57,179 bases of DNA from Klebsormidium nitens (lineage: Eukaryota; Plantae; Klebsormidiophyceae), in assembly GCA_000708835.1 (NCBI GenBank), contig DF237525.1, positions 1 through 57,179 of the forward strand, given 5' to 3'. Under the pieces are notes generated by a model. It searched no databases, was not told the DNA's origin, and was given only the letters and a program-made list of their open reading frames with translations. The translations under genes and the position numbers were made by a program. Below, piece by piece: positions 12,133-25,399 of the stretch; positions within the stretch are counted from its first letter, which is position 1; the number at the start of each line of letters is the position of its first letter.

Positions 12133-15100
12133 ATGGCTTCATCACTGATCATCCTCCTTGTGGCGCTCCTAGCCCCATTCACACTCGCCCAGGTCCCCGC
12201 CCCCGCCCCTGTGGGAACAGCCCCCAACTCCAGCTACATTGCAATTAACTGTGGCGGTGTCACGCCGGTAAATTCCAGCATTCCAAGCTACTATGGGGGG
12301 GTGACTTATGGGGCGGGACCCTTCTATTCTCCCAACAATTCTTTGGTGTCCACCAGCAGTGCAGCCCCTGGTGTGATCTTTGCGCCTGACGCATTCTACT
12401 CGGGGGAGAGCACCAAGCCGCTGAGCTATCCGGGTCCACTGAATGCGTCGGTTCAGGACGCAGCTCTGTATCTGACGGAGCGGTATGGGCTGAATTTCAG
12501 GTGAGAAACGGGACTTTCATGAGGAACTCATGGCCTGTCCCTGCGGATGTAATATGGAGAAGGTTTGGGAGCTTCAAGAAAAGTTGTGGGCTGAGGTTCA
12601 GTTTGGTCAAGAACGATTTTCATAGAGATTGGCTCGAGGATGGGCTGTAGTGTCTGTGAAGGGTCAGCATTGTGTTTCCTCGGGCTTGATCTTGGTTTTC
12701 AAGGCGCCAGTTTGCCACCAACACCGGATCTACTTCTTGGCTGCTTCAAATCATTGTGATTAGTGGTTTGAGAATGAGGACGTTTGTTGGATGGGGAAAA
12801 GCTGTCTTGAAGCGGCCAGCAAGCTCCAGCTTCTGACGCGTGAAATCAAGGGTCATGCTGTGGTGTGATCCTCTTGGTGACGAAAGGACAAGCTCAGATG
12901 ACATCAATTGCGGAGATGCAGCTCCCTTTTGGCCCCACAATTCGGTCTAGTTGTAGAGAGGCAATGCGGTTGTGATGTTCGGAGCCAGGGCATTCCGCGT
13001 GGGATGGGTTGCTGTACAATGCTGTCTACAAAGAGAACACTGCTTGCTTTTTTCCAAGTTTTCTCGAAGGCAGTGTTTACATGCAGTAGTGACTGGCAGG
13101 CCAGAGAGTGAGCTTGCTGTCGCGAAAACAGTGGAAGATCTTGATTTTTCTGCTTGCCAAACCAATTGGCGGTCTAAGATTGCGGAAATCTACATCAAAA
13201 TCAACGATCTGGATCACAAGAAGCCTCCGCTGCCGATTCCTCTTCATTTGCCATCTCTATGTCTGGCTGGTTGTGAGAATCACGCGTATGGTTGACTTTA
13301 GCTTCATTGCACTGCTTACGTCCTACAATTGCGCAATGCCAGTCTTCAAATCTTTTTTACAATGCTCTCTGCCACAGGCTGCAGATGGCCTTGTTTGCCT
13401 TTGTGCCTTATGGTTGTTCTTTGTCGTGATGTTGGTTCATTCTCTCGGCACTCTCAGCGCCACTTCAAAATGGTTCTACAGAACTGTTTTCGTTCATTTC
13501 AGCAACTTTGAAAGATTAAGCTGTGATAGCCATCCACTGGTTTCTGCCAGATCCGCTTGCCCAAGTGTTATCAGTAACATTGCCTCGGGGGTGGTTCTCA
13601 ATTTGTGACTATCGACATCCGCTTGATTGTATGTCGTCATACATTCAATGCGGCGCCGCCCCATCATCAGCTTTGGCTCACCTAAGCAAGCTTTTACATA
13701 ATGAAGCGGAGCAGCAAGATACTCATTCTTTGGTTGAAGTGGAGAGTCCCCTGAAACACCGAGCAGGCACTCCTCCAATTCAAAATTCTTGATATCAGTC
13801 ACCTATCCGACGAGGATGACTTTGGAAATTTCTTTTGTTTGGGATCTGTGATACTTGCGATCTAGTTTGCCGTATCCGAGGGCTTGCTGCCTGCTCATAA
13901 CGTATGGGCCGAGACCAAGCTTTGCCCAAATTGCAGCTACACTCCACATGAGCACTCTGCTGTTGTGACCGACCTCTATTGAAGTGGCTGTTTGCAAGTT
14001 CACCCTGCCCCTAAATCAGTGATCAGACCCTATAAACCTGAAGGTAGGGCTTTGGCCATGCCTAACCAGTCCCCGCTCAATAGCAAAACTTGCCGCACCA
14101 AGTCTTGAACCCTCAATTTTCAAAAAAAGGTTCCCACTTTTCAAGTGCAATACTTGTGTTTACAGTCACTCCTCATCAATGGTGTCCTGTATGTTGGGGC
14201 AACGCATACAGTGTCAATCAAACATAGCTGCCTCCGCTCAGAGAATCTTGAAGTCCTAACCCTCTTTACTAAGGCCTTGGCACTTTGTCTTCTTGAAACA
14301 ACGTTTTAGTGCCGAAGTTGACAGTTCGGCCATCCGTTTAATCTTGCCACTGCCCCCAGATGCCCCGCAGTGACCTGGTTGTCAGTCGCCAAACCCCCTT
14401 CCGGCAAGCTAACCTGACCCGATTTCTGGTTATGAGGTATGACCTCGACATTCCCAACGGCAACTACGCGGTCTTACCTTCTTTTTGAGAGTCCAGTATA
14501 ACACCTCAAACCCAGTGATCTGCAGCTTTTCTACTTTTAACCTCTCAACATGTTAACAAAGCCCAAAGAGACCCAGCTTGCAGGTATGTCTTCGAGGCAA
14601 TTACATGGTCTGCCACATATCGAGCCTCAATCTTCAAACCCGGCAATCTGAAAGTTTTGCTTCACTTTCTTGCAGTCTGCTGACTTCACCCAATGACTTG
14701 TTTATCCAGGTACGACTTCAACGTTCCTAACGGCAACTACACGGTCTTCCACTACTTCTCGGAGCTCCAATACAACACCATTGGCGCCCGCGTGTTCAAC
14801 GTCAGCATCCAAGGCGTGGTGGTTGCTCCCTTGGTCGATATCTTTGCGCTCGCGGGCGCAAACGCGAGCCTGATCGTCCCTGTGAACACCACCGTCACAA
14901 ACGGACTGCTGACGTGAGTCCTCTACCGCTGACCTCAGGTCTTTTCTGTGAAGTCGTTTCGTTGATACTGCTGTGCTTGTAGCTGCAAAGTAGAGCCCAG
15001 TGGGCTTGGTGAGCATGCTGTACTCAGTCGGGCTGCTGAAAGCCTCTTGACCGTTTCGGAAAATTGTTGTGTTCAAACTCTGTTCAAGTAGGCTACTGAG

Positions 15101-18100
15101 ATACGTCTCCAGCGGTTTTTTGAACGCTGGAGCTGAAGGTACAAAATTTAGGTTGTTCTGATTACAAGAGACTTTGCAGCCGATTTACTACACTCTGCTC
15201 TGTGCGTACGGTTGATTCGGTCTTTAAGAACGTTTGACGAATACAGAAAATTCTCTAACCTGAGCTCACGAGAGCAAATTGACTGGCGATGTCAGGCTTT
15301 CAATCCTGACCTTCTGATACCGCAGTAGCGGTTGTGACCATTACAAAAGCCGTTACTTCCAGCTGTTCTGATATCCGGATACTTGTTATCACCCAAAAGG
15401 TGCAGGACTCATGAATGGTGTCTCTCCCGACTAAGCAGAAGATTGCAGCATCGCGCTGAATCCGTTCGCATTGTGTCCATTCGCGACTCACCGTCAAAAT
15501 CTGTTGTCTCATTCCCTTTTGTCAAGCGGTTCCATCCTACTACCATCCTTCTCAGCCGCCCTAAGGCCTCAAAGCGTAAGATCGTTTCATTGCTAGCAAC
15601 ATCCAGAAACAATCTAAAAGGCGCCCATTCTTACTCCCTGCAGGGTCGCGTTCGCCACCGTTTTTGCCACTAACACGGCCGGCCAGGCCAAGGTGAATGC
15701 GCTCCGGATTGTTCCGCTTGCCCCGCCCGCCACGGCCTTCTCTAACACCCCTCCCTCCAGCTACCGTATCGATGCGGGTAGCAACGCTAGCTACACGTCA
15801 GCAAATGGGACCGTGTTTGCCAGAGACGCCTTCTACTCAGGTTCATGTGAGTGCCTTTCAATGACCAGCGTCACGACGATTTTGATTGTTTTGGCATTTA
15901 GTATTCAACCCATTATCTCGCCCTTGAATTGAGTTCGAAAAAGGGCTTCTCTGCTCTGCTCTGCTGTTCACACTCGCTGAGGGTTGAGACGCTTCTTGAA
16001 ATTTTCAATTTGAACTACATAAGAGACGCTTTTCAAGTTTTATCGTTCTAAGTGTTTGCGCTCAAGAACCTCCGAAAGATTGTCCACGAAGATACTCTCC
16101 TTCGTTGAGTTACTTGGTTGAGGATTGCCATCGTATCCACTGCTGTGGGTTGGATCTTACAAGAGCGCACCAGTATTGAATTCTTCGAAGATTGTGTAAA
16201 TACGCCCAGCAAGATCTCCACATCTGAATGTGAAAAGCCGTAAAGTGGCCAACACATCATTCGACGCCGCCTCGTCTTTCGCGTTTATAGTGAACTCAAG
16301 GATCTTCGCAACCAGCAATAAAGCTTTTTTCAGATTCCTCTGGTCACGTGGATTCCATCAGGGGCGTCCAAACATCAGAAAGGACACAGGCGTCCGTGAA
16401 GATAGTCATACACCGCACTGGCTAGCATCCGAAAACGCCAATCCCTCGATTAAAGATATCCCCGATCAACGATTGACTGTTGCACAGCCAAGCGAGGCAG
16501 ATTCAAGCCGGGTCGGTGCTACTTTCACTTTTGGCGAGCTCTCTCGTCTATTGGAGAGGCAACTGTAGTCTCGAGAGACACACCCAATACGCGTTCTACT
16601 CGGTTCGAATTTCAGGACTCGTTAGCCCGCCGCCGGTGAAACATACATTGTAGTCTTCAAGCCGAGGATTGCCAAGTGAGCTGAAAACAAGGACAGCTTC
16701 CCTCAACTACTCGTTCTTTGACTAAAACTTGGAGAAACGAAACTCATCACAGCCCAGAGTTTTGTCCCAAGTGCCAGCCGCAAGGCCCCAAATCCAGTCG
16801 GATCTGGTTTTCTGAACCCGGTTTTTCCTCCCTTCGCGCAGCTGCGATTGGCAACGCCACCGTTGCAAACACCACCGCCGATGCGCCGCTTTACACCACC
16901 GTTAGGACGGGCCCCGCCTTCGCCTACTACCTTAACCTGCTCAACGGTTACTACCTGGTCACGCTCCGGTTTGCGGAGGGCCAGTTCACACTGCCGGGGC
17001 AGAGGGTGTTCTCGGTTGATGTACAGGTAAGGGATATTCTCCCGCAAGGCACTTCCTGGTGTTTCTGTCTGCAAGACTGAAGTGTTCCTAAAGTTACAAT
17101 GCTGAAGTGGTTTGAAAGTGTTCGTTGACAGATGGTTGACAGGCCGAATGATGAAAATGACATTGCAATGCCGACACGAGTCAGCGTGTTCAGGCCAAGT
17201 CTGACCACGGGGGCGGTTAGGGTGGGGATTAGGTGTCTGGTATGGGCGCCTGATATTCTTTGCCGTTCATCGCTAACCTGCTTAACCGTTTTGAGTTCGC
17301 CTTCTGAACGGTTGTTCTTCATCAACCAGCACGCTCCGTTAGCCAGCACGCTGAGGAAAGCAAGTTTGTACGATAATCTATCATGAACCTCTCCCTCTTG
17401 ATTCCTCTTGTTTATTCAGGGCAACCCCGCCTTCCCAGCCGTCGACATTGTCGCTAACTCCTCCGCCGGGTTACCGCTAACCCTCCGCACAACCGCGGTG
17501 GTTGCGAACGGTCAGCTCCGGATTCAGTTCACCGGACTGAACGGCACAGCGGCTTCCGTCGCCACTATTGAGGTGACGCCCCTAGTGGGCGGAACGAATA
17601 CGACGGTCGCCATCGACTGCGGATCACCTATTGACGTCATCTCAGGGGACGGGATTATCTACCAAAAGGACACCTTCTTTGCTGGTGAGCGGCTTCTGCG
17701 TACCGTTTTACTTCTGGTCAATTGCTGACCTGAGGTGTAGACTTTCTCGCTGCTCTTGAAGCCTTGCTAAAAATTTGCTTGAATAAAGTCTCAGCAGGTC
17801 CAAGCCCTGACAGACTCGCTTAGAGGATGAGACTGTCTCTTAGTCAGAGCGTTTCAAGTTTCTAAATTCTAAATCCTTTCTCGAATGCTTCAACACGAAA
17901 CGAGTCAACGCTTCCCGAATTGCACTGCAGGTGGCGCAGTTTCTCACTATTCAATATTCTTCGGAGCAACATGTGGACGAACCTCAACCAGGTGCAAACC
18001 GTAGGGCTGCAGGACTTCACAACCTGCAAAACTCAACGCACTTGTCCTAAATCCATTTCAGAGACCCTGTACGAAACTCGTGTCAAACGTGTCAACTTCG

Positions 18101-21100
18101 ATTCTGCAGGTGGAGCGGCTCTTTCCACAAACCCGTACCAAACCTTCCAGCCGTTCAACCAGCAGATTGACGATTTCCTGTACCCGACCGCGCGCCAGGG
18201 CAACTTCACGTACAACGTATCGCTGCCCAATGGAGCGTATCTCGTGACGCATCACTTCGCCGAGCTGGTAGCGACCGGTGCGCAAACTAACCTGGCACTT
18301 AACCTGGCACTTACCTTGGCACTCAAACTGCCACCTAATCTGGCACTTAACGTGGCACTCAACCTGCCACCTAACCTGGCACTTAAGCTGGCACTTTAAC
18401 GCTGAACGTAATTTTGCAGTAAATGCGCCTTTGAGGCCCCAAAGGTGAACGTTTTGCAATGCTTTCCTCGAGGATGCCACTGGGATCAGTCTCCTTGTTA
18501 GCATTCACGTGAAGGAGTCTTATGAGCGAATTGGGATGCAGATCGTGCTACTTACCCGCTTGTTACGCTTGATTGAGACTGTTGTGCAGAAGCGTTTATT
18601 CGAAAGGCCGTTGGTGCGGACTGGTGCTTTGTGTGAGGCACCAAAATGGCGAATTGCGTGTTTTTGTAGCGCCTGCTCGTTTGGTTTTTGGACAGAAGAG
18701 GGATTTAGCGCAGGCCTGTTCGTATCACAAGCCCCAAAAACGTTTGTCGCCTGCCCGCGTATCAGAGAAGGTGCTGACGTCTGCTGTCCCTTTGCTGACG
18801 TCAGGCCCCGGCCAGCGGATCTTCGACGTGATCCTGCAAGGCGCGACCGCCCTATCTCAGTTCGACATCTTCGCTGTGGCGGGGGGGAACGCCACGGTCT
18901 ACAAAGTGCAGGTACGTATCTCGTATACGCGAGTCCGTCCTTTTTCAAGTTCAGGTAGATTGTCTTCTAAAGCAGGTACGTAGGTACCTCATTTCGGTGG
19001 TGTCGTGAGTTCTGTCAGCAGCCGAGACTTTGGCAGGTTACGTGCACGGATCTGGAAATTACGTCATGCCCTGTGGCTCGGAGATCTCGTTTGGAGAAGT
19101 TATGTCTTGACGTTTTTATCGACGGTAACATTCCAGTACTGGAAGGGTGCTTAAGTTTCGCTGAGACTCGAGCCGAATGTGCCCTTCTGAGCGTCCGTTA
19201 GAGAGGAAGCTCCGCTGCTTGGTCGTCTGGAGGGACCGATCCTCTCTGGGAATGTGTAGTCAGATGCCAGAAGCTTCAGAGTGCAAACGCGACCGTGATA
19301 AGATACAGTTGCGATTTGGACCCCTTTTTAAAGACGAGCATTTGTCGGGTTCCAACTTTCCCAAGGCTCCTCCGTTCATTGACGTTTCGAGGCTCCTCCC
19401 AAGCGGCTATTCTTCTACGTGGAGGATAGTCGTCGTACCTTCGTGCCCTCGCTTCAATCAAAGAGGCATGCCACGGCTAGCAGCGATTCGGTGACATGAC
19501 ACTGCTATCATCGACTGTAAACTGGGAACTTAGCGTCTCGATATTTTGCATCCTGATATATCGTTACTGTTGTAACTTCAATCATCTTTCTAACTTACTC
19601 CTTCGACATCATACGTCTTGATAACCTGTTCTGTTGTCACTTCAGATCATATTCCTAAGTTACCCCATTGGTTTCTTACATCTTTTCAACTCGTTACTGT
19701 TTTTACTTTAACTCATCTTTTCTCTTTTTCCCAACAGGCCCCCGTTAACGTCACCAACGGCTTCCTCACCGTCAGCTTCCAGACCAGCCCCGCCGCGTTT
19801 TCCCTCCCCAACGTCACGCTCTCCAACTACACTCTGGGGGGGACGAATTTCACGAACGCTCTTCTCCCCCCTATGATAAACGCCCTCCTGATTCAGCCGG
19901 GCATCCCCCCCCCGAACGCAACCGCCACTGCCCCGGCCTCTGCCCCCGCTATTGGGCTGGGTACCCTTCCGATTCCCGCTGTGACCGGTAAGTGGGGTAT
20001 TTCTGCCCGGCATCTTCGCCCGAATTTGTGCCCGGTTGTGCGCCCGGTTTTGTGCCTGGTCTTCATGCCCGGTGTTTCGGCCTATCGTTGTCGCCCGTTT
20101 TTGTGCCCGGTTTGTCGGCCTGGCGTTCTTGCCCGGTATCCGTGCGCACTCTTCCTGCCCGCTTCCTCTGCCCGGCGTTTCTGCCCGTTTTTGGCCCAGT
20201 TTTTGTGCGCGGTCTTCTGTGCCCGGATTTGTGTCATCTGGGGCCGCGAGCTGCTTCAAGATGAACGCATGATTGGAGCAGATGCTGATGGGACCAATGA
20301 TAAACAGCTCGAGGTGGAATAACCGGACGTCTGCCTTTCCTCGACACTTTGAAATGACCAGTGATCCTTCCAAAAGCTCTTCGCTTTCTAAGCCGAGTTG
20401 GGCCCGTACGGTTCAAAGAACTGGTGTTAGGACATGTTTCCAACCTCTTCCTCTCCCTCTTGACACACCAACAATTGCTTAAATCTGATTGACAATCTCC
20501 CCTAACCAAAATGCAAATGGATAGCCTCGGGAGTTATCCATTGGGACAAAAGTAAATTAAGCACTTGGATCAGCTGAACCGCAGAACTCCATGAAACAAA
20601 TCAGCAAGTGATCAAATCAATCGTCAAATTATCCATCCTTACCCGTCCGCCCTTCATCGCAGCGGCTGTCGTCGCCCCCGCCCCCGCCGTTGTCGCCCCG
20701 CCCCCGCACCTCTAGCTTCCGCTACCCCCAACGCTTCNCTCGGCCCCNCCCGNCCAANCCGCGGCCGCCCGCGCCCCCCGCNCNCNCNCCNCCNCCNCNC
20801 NCNCNCNCNCNCNCNCNCNCNCGCGCGCGCCGCCGCGNNNNNNNNNNNNNNNNNNNNNNNNNNNNNNNNNNNNNNNNNNNNNNNNNNNNNNNNNNNNNNN
20901 NNNNNNNNNNNNNNNNNNNNNNNNNNNNNNNNNNNNNNNNNNNNNNNNNNNNNNNNNNNNNNNNNNNNNNNNNNNNNNNNNNNNNNNNNNNNNNNNNNNN
21001 NNNNNNNNNNNNNNNNNNNNNNNNNNNNNNNNNNNNNNNNNNNNNNNNNNNNNNNNNNNNNNNNNNNNNNNNNNNNNNNNNNNNNNNNNNNNNNNNNNNN

Positions 21101-24100
21101 NNNNNNNNNNNNNNNNNNNNNNNNNNNNNNNNNNNNNNNNNNNNNNNNNNNNNNNNNNNNNNNNNNNNNNNNNNNNNNNNNNNNNNNNNNNNNNNNNNNN
21201 NNNNNNNNNNNNNNNNNNNNNNNNNNNNNNNNNNNNNNNNNNNNNNNNNNNNNCCTTCGCCCCCCCCGTCCCGCCCGTACCGACCCGCCCGGCCCGGCCC
21301 CGCCCGCCCCCCCCCGCGACCCCGAACGCCCCCCCGCCCCCGACCCCGTATTTCGCTTACGTGGCAACCGCTGCTGACGCGCCCCGGGCGCCCCTGCCCC
21401 CGGTTGCGACGTACGGAGGCAGTGCAGCAGCCAACCCGTCCTGCCCGGCGAACGGCGCGGCGCCACAGGTAAGCGGTTGCGGTTTGGACCGGAAGCTTGT
21501 CTGGGGAGTCCCGTAATGGCATGTATACTTGCATTAAGAGGCTTGCGCCTGTTCCTGCTTTTTGTTCCGCCCGTGTCGACGTGTATGTTCAGTATGTCAA
21601 GTTTTAGATTTGGACCGGAAGCTGCTGTAAGTAGTCCCGTAACGGCCTGAATATTTGCAGCTAATTTTACGAGGCTTGCTCATGTTCTGGTTCTCGTTCT
21701 TCCCTGTATGAATATTTGCAGCTAGTTTTACGAGGCTTGCTGAAGTTCTGGTTCTCGTTCTTGCCTGTATGAATATTGTGTCAAGCTTTACGAGGTTCCT
21801 GCAAGGCACATCAGGCAGATAATTACACGGTAATCCTGCCAGTAAAGCAGACCGATCTGCGTTTGGAAACGAACAGACCATGCTTCCATCATTAGGTCTT
21901 TCGAGCTCAAAAAGCTCGTTGATTGACTCCTTGAAAAGACCTAATCCTTGAGAGAATCAGCGCAGGAGATTTGGGTTCTGTTGCAAATCTTTCCGCTTGT
22001 TTGACCGAGGAGCTTATAGTGACAAGGGCTTGGAAAAAGCCGTATCTAGGACCTTGATCAATCATTGCAATCCTAGTCAAAGACTTGAATGGAGAACGGT
22101 TGGACTGCCGCACACCAGCGCTCACTGGGCACACCCAAAGTGGTACTGCTTTTAGTTGTTGGCACAAAAAGCTGTACAACGAGGTTTTGTGCCAACATCT
22201 CTCCGGCAGATCTGCAAAGTGAAAAAAAGGGTGTGTTGTACTCGAGCAATATCAACTTTCAGGGGCAGATCGGAACTGCCCGGAACGTCGCTCTGAAAGT
22301 TGGGCTTTCTTAAGTTAAGCCGTCAATTCTCTGCAGGCGATCAACTGCCTGGCCCCCTGCCCCACATACACCCCACCCTACACCCTCAACGTGGCTGTTA
22401 ACACCGGGGGCGGGGGATATGTGTCATCATGCGGCGTGACGTTCGAAGAGGACTACCAGGACGCGACACGTTGCACCCCAAATAACCAGGTTCCGGCCGG
22501 CCTCAGGTGGTGCCGGTGAGTGCTGCGAACCAAAGTACCTTAACGGTGTTTGCTCTTGGCACCTTCGACGCCCAACATTTGATCATGAAACGTTCAAGGC
22601 TCTCGGCAGTCCTGAGGTTACCTGCTGACGAGAATCGGCGTCGACTTTGAATTGATGATCGCCTACAACTTCCGGGCAAGTGATGTAACTTGATGGCGGA
22701 GTCGAATACCATTATTACAGGGTCGCTTGAGCTTTATCCCGGTAGTGCTTGGTGTACTGAGACCGCCGTTGATGCACTTCGCCTGCTCTGCTTCTTGACC
22801 CACCCGCCTGTTCGCTGATTCGAACCTAAGAGTGGGCATAGGCCGTCAAGCTGGCGGCATCGGATTGGACGGAATCGACGTCGATGTGGATCAATTCAGC
22901 GTCAGTGATGATATCACGTCGATCTTCCGGGCCTTTTTTTTTTTATTGAAGCGCGCTTTGCTGCGCCTGCTCCATTTTCACGTGTTCTCTTGATCCTCAG
23001 CTAAAATAAGATTTTTTGCTATCAACTATCTCGCGGCGCAGGCATATACTCAAGAGGCGCCAACAAGAACGCTGTGCAAACGATCAGAGACTCGGACCGC
23101 TTTTGCAACTCGTTGAAAGGCGATGGTTCAAGGTTGGGGCATATCCGTAACCTCCATTTTGTAGAAGGACCATTTCCTTGAGATTCAACATAACTGGGCA
23201 CTTGACCGAAAACACTCAACCCACAAATTTACGTATGTAAACCCATCCTAACCACCCAGCTAACACCACCAGATTCCCTGACGCCTATCTTGAGTAAAGT
23301 ACTTCTCGAAGTGGGTTGGGACTCACAAGAGTGCTCATGGAGGCTCGAGAAAGGCTCACTTTGACCGTCCGATTCTGCCCAGGTCCAACATCGACGGACC
23401 GCAGGGCGGCTACCTCGCAGCCACAACGGAGCAGATTGCTAACACGACCGACCCCACCATTTTCCAGTCCGAGTCGATCGGGTGGAACTTCTACTAGTAA
23501 GTCCTCCCCTCATCACTATTTCTCGTTTGTTTTTTCACTAGTGACTGGTTCACAGAGGTTGGAAACTCCTCTCTTCTACCTTCATCCACTGGGTAAGTGC
23601 AAGGAGCTGGCTCCAAAACGAAGAGAATATGTATAGATCAGCGGATCAACATCATAAATGTCGTAGTGTCGTTGCTCACATGTGATGTAAGCAACGAGAG
23701 GTGCGTGCAGTTCGTGTGTGCTGTCTGCGCAAGTTCGTTTGCAGCAGGCGTACTCTGTAAGGAGGGGTCGAAGTGGAGTCTTTGCGCGCTTTCCACATGA
23801 TTCAAGGAGCCAGAGAACTTGAGGCTCAGAGATTCAAGAATTGAACCCTCTTTTGAAATATTTGACGTTTCGTCGAGCTTTTTTGATTCACGTGTAAAGC
23901 TGGAATTGTGTCCTTTCGCGTGAGCGCTCCAAAGCAGATTGCAAAGGGTCTGAAGGACCGGCAAATAAGAAGATGGGAGTCAAACGAGGTGAGAATAAAA
24001 AAAGGAGGGCTATGATCGCCAAAATTCGAAGTGCTTAGCTTCTTGCCTCTTCGCTGAAAAGAATGATTGTCAGCGTCTATCTTTAGTCCGAGAATGGCCT

Positions 24101-25399
24101 ACTCTAATATTTACCAACTTCGCGCAAACTCTTTGAAACCCGCCAATCTTTATATTCCACCTACTTGCAACGAAGTTTTGCAACACCCTCCATCGCTTTA
24201 CTCCCTCTGACCATTTCCCTGCTCCGTGCAGTTTCACACTCCCCGCCCCAGGGAACTACTACGTCTCCTCCTACTTTGCGGAGACTTCGGGCAAGGACCC
24301 GGTGATCAATGTGAATAGGCCCAACCTCCGGGTGTTCTACATCCACTACAATCTGAACCCTGCCGACTCTCAAGGCCCAATCGACACCTTCGCCGACGCA
24401 GGCAACCAGAAGTTCGTGCCGATTCCCACCGTATCCAGAGTAAGTCTCAGGCAAGAGAGTGAGAATACGCCCCGCGCTGGTTGTGAGTGGGAAGAGATCT
24501 TCCACTCAGCGGTCTTTGGACCGAGTGGAAAAGCAAGCGGGAAATGTCCCCGCAGTTTCTACAAAAGTGAGCTTCGAAGAATCAAACATATCGCCTTAAT
24601 TGAACCCAGAAGGTTTAACCCGGTTGACGGGAAATTGTCAGTAGTACAGGTGTGCGAGTACAAAAGTGTTCGGTACTTGCTGTCGCTTGTCCGTGGAGTC
24701 GGGATTGCTTTGAAGGCCAGGGAGCCCTGAGCTGGTTTCAGCAAATCTCTTGCCTTCCTCGTCTATTTCAGCATCTTAGCAACGCTCTTGCTCTTGTTCT
24801 TTTTCGTGGTGTTCATGCCAAGAGAGTGAAAACGAGTACGAAACGTAGAGTGGAGCAAAATTGCGGCAACTCGAAGGGCCGTCTGAAATGAGGCCCTTTA
24901 CAAAGCGGATGGAGAATTGTGTGTATCAAGCACCAGAGGTGCACCAGAGTGCCCAACAAAAAAGGTCGCGAACCTACGCATGTATTAGCCCTTATGTATT
25001 AGCCCTTTCATTCTTCTTCGTTTTTCCAGCCTTCTTGGTCTGCTCGATCTGCTCCTTAGTTTACCGCTTTGAAATTGACAACCTTGTTTCGTTTTTTGAA
25101 TAGTTGCCTTCCACCTCTTCCGAATAATAATCTCGTCAGAGCTCGGAACATGTGAAGCAAACGCTTGCACCTTCTCAATAGTTGACTCGCGCCTTTTCCA
25201 GGTTGTCAGTTGCCCTACAACTACGCTCGTCGTCGAGATGTCCCCAACCCAGGCGCGCGACGCACCCAAGGTTAACGCCATCTGGGTTTACGGTCCCGTT
25301 CCCGCAAACTATGACCCCGCAACAGCTGGAGCCGTTACCACAACGGCTGCGTCGGCTCCAACCGCGGCAAAAACAGCTGCCGCTCCCACATCGGCATAA
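12133..25399 (+). CDS. Gene B: secreted protein with 4 malectin-like domains, a long Pro/Ala-rich linker and a Cys-rich module (about 1080 aa, 13 exons; exon 9 spans the assembly gap)
   Basis: Exons 12133-12500, 14710-14913, 15644-15846, 16842-17026, 17420-17684, 18110-18277, 18805-18911, 19738-19987, 20663-21468 (gap inside), 22337-22515, 23383-23496, 24232-24439, 25202-25399. Phases consistent. Signal peptide MASSLIILLVALLAPFTLA. Motifs AINCGG, LYLTERYG, GNYTVFHYFSE, GARVFNVSIQG, PKVNAIWVYG. Ends TAASAPTAAKTAAAPTSA*. Confidence 0.88.
18287..18394 (+). repeat. 12-bp minisatellite (consensus TTAACCTGGCAC) x9 just after the donor of gene B exon 6
   Basis: ctaacctggcac ttaacctggcac ttaccttggcac tcaaactgccac ctaatctggcac ttaacgtggcac tcaacctgccac ctaacctggcac ttaagctggcac. 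Confidence 0.9.
20005..20230 (+). repeat. Degenerate A-poor intronic repeat with a (T/C)GCCCG core, about 12 copies
   Basis: Repeated tgcccggttt / cgcccgttt units in gene B intron 8. Explains the spurious Cys/Pro-rich ORFs at 19992-20322. Confidence 0.75.
20838..21253. other. Assembly gap (N run), with scattered N from ~20737, inside the GC-rich Pro-rich exon 9 of gene B
   Basis: Directly visible. Both flanks code for Pro/Ala-rich sequence. Confidence 0.97.
21648..21800 (+). repeat. 61-bp tandem repeat, about 2.5 copies, gene B intron 9
   Basis: TGAATATT...TTTACGAGG units start at 21648, 21709 and 21770. Confidence 0.8.

Noticed and set aside
19708-20373. Long ORFs on both strands (221-234 aa)
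   Set aside because: Produced by exon 8 read-through plus the A-poor intronic repeat, which lacks stops.
20654-21534. 260-270-aa ORFs
   Set aside because: Artefacts of N runs being translated as X.
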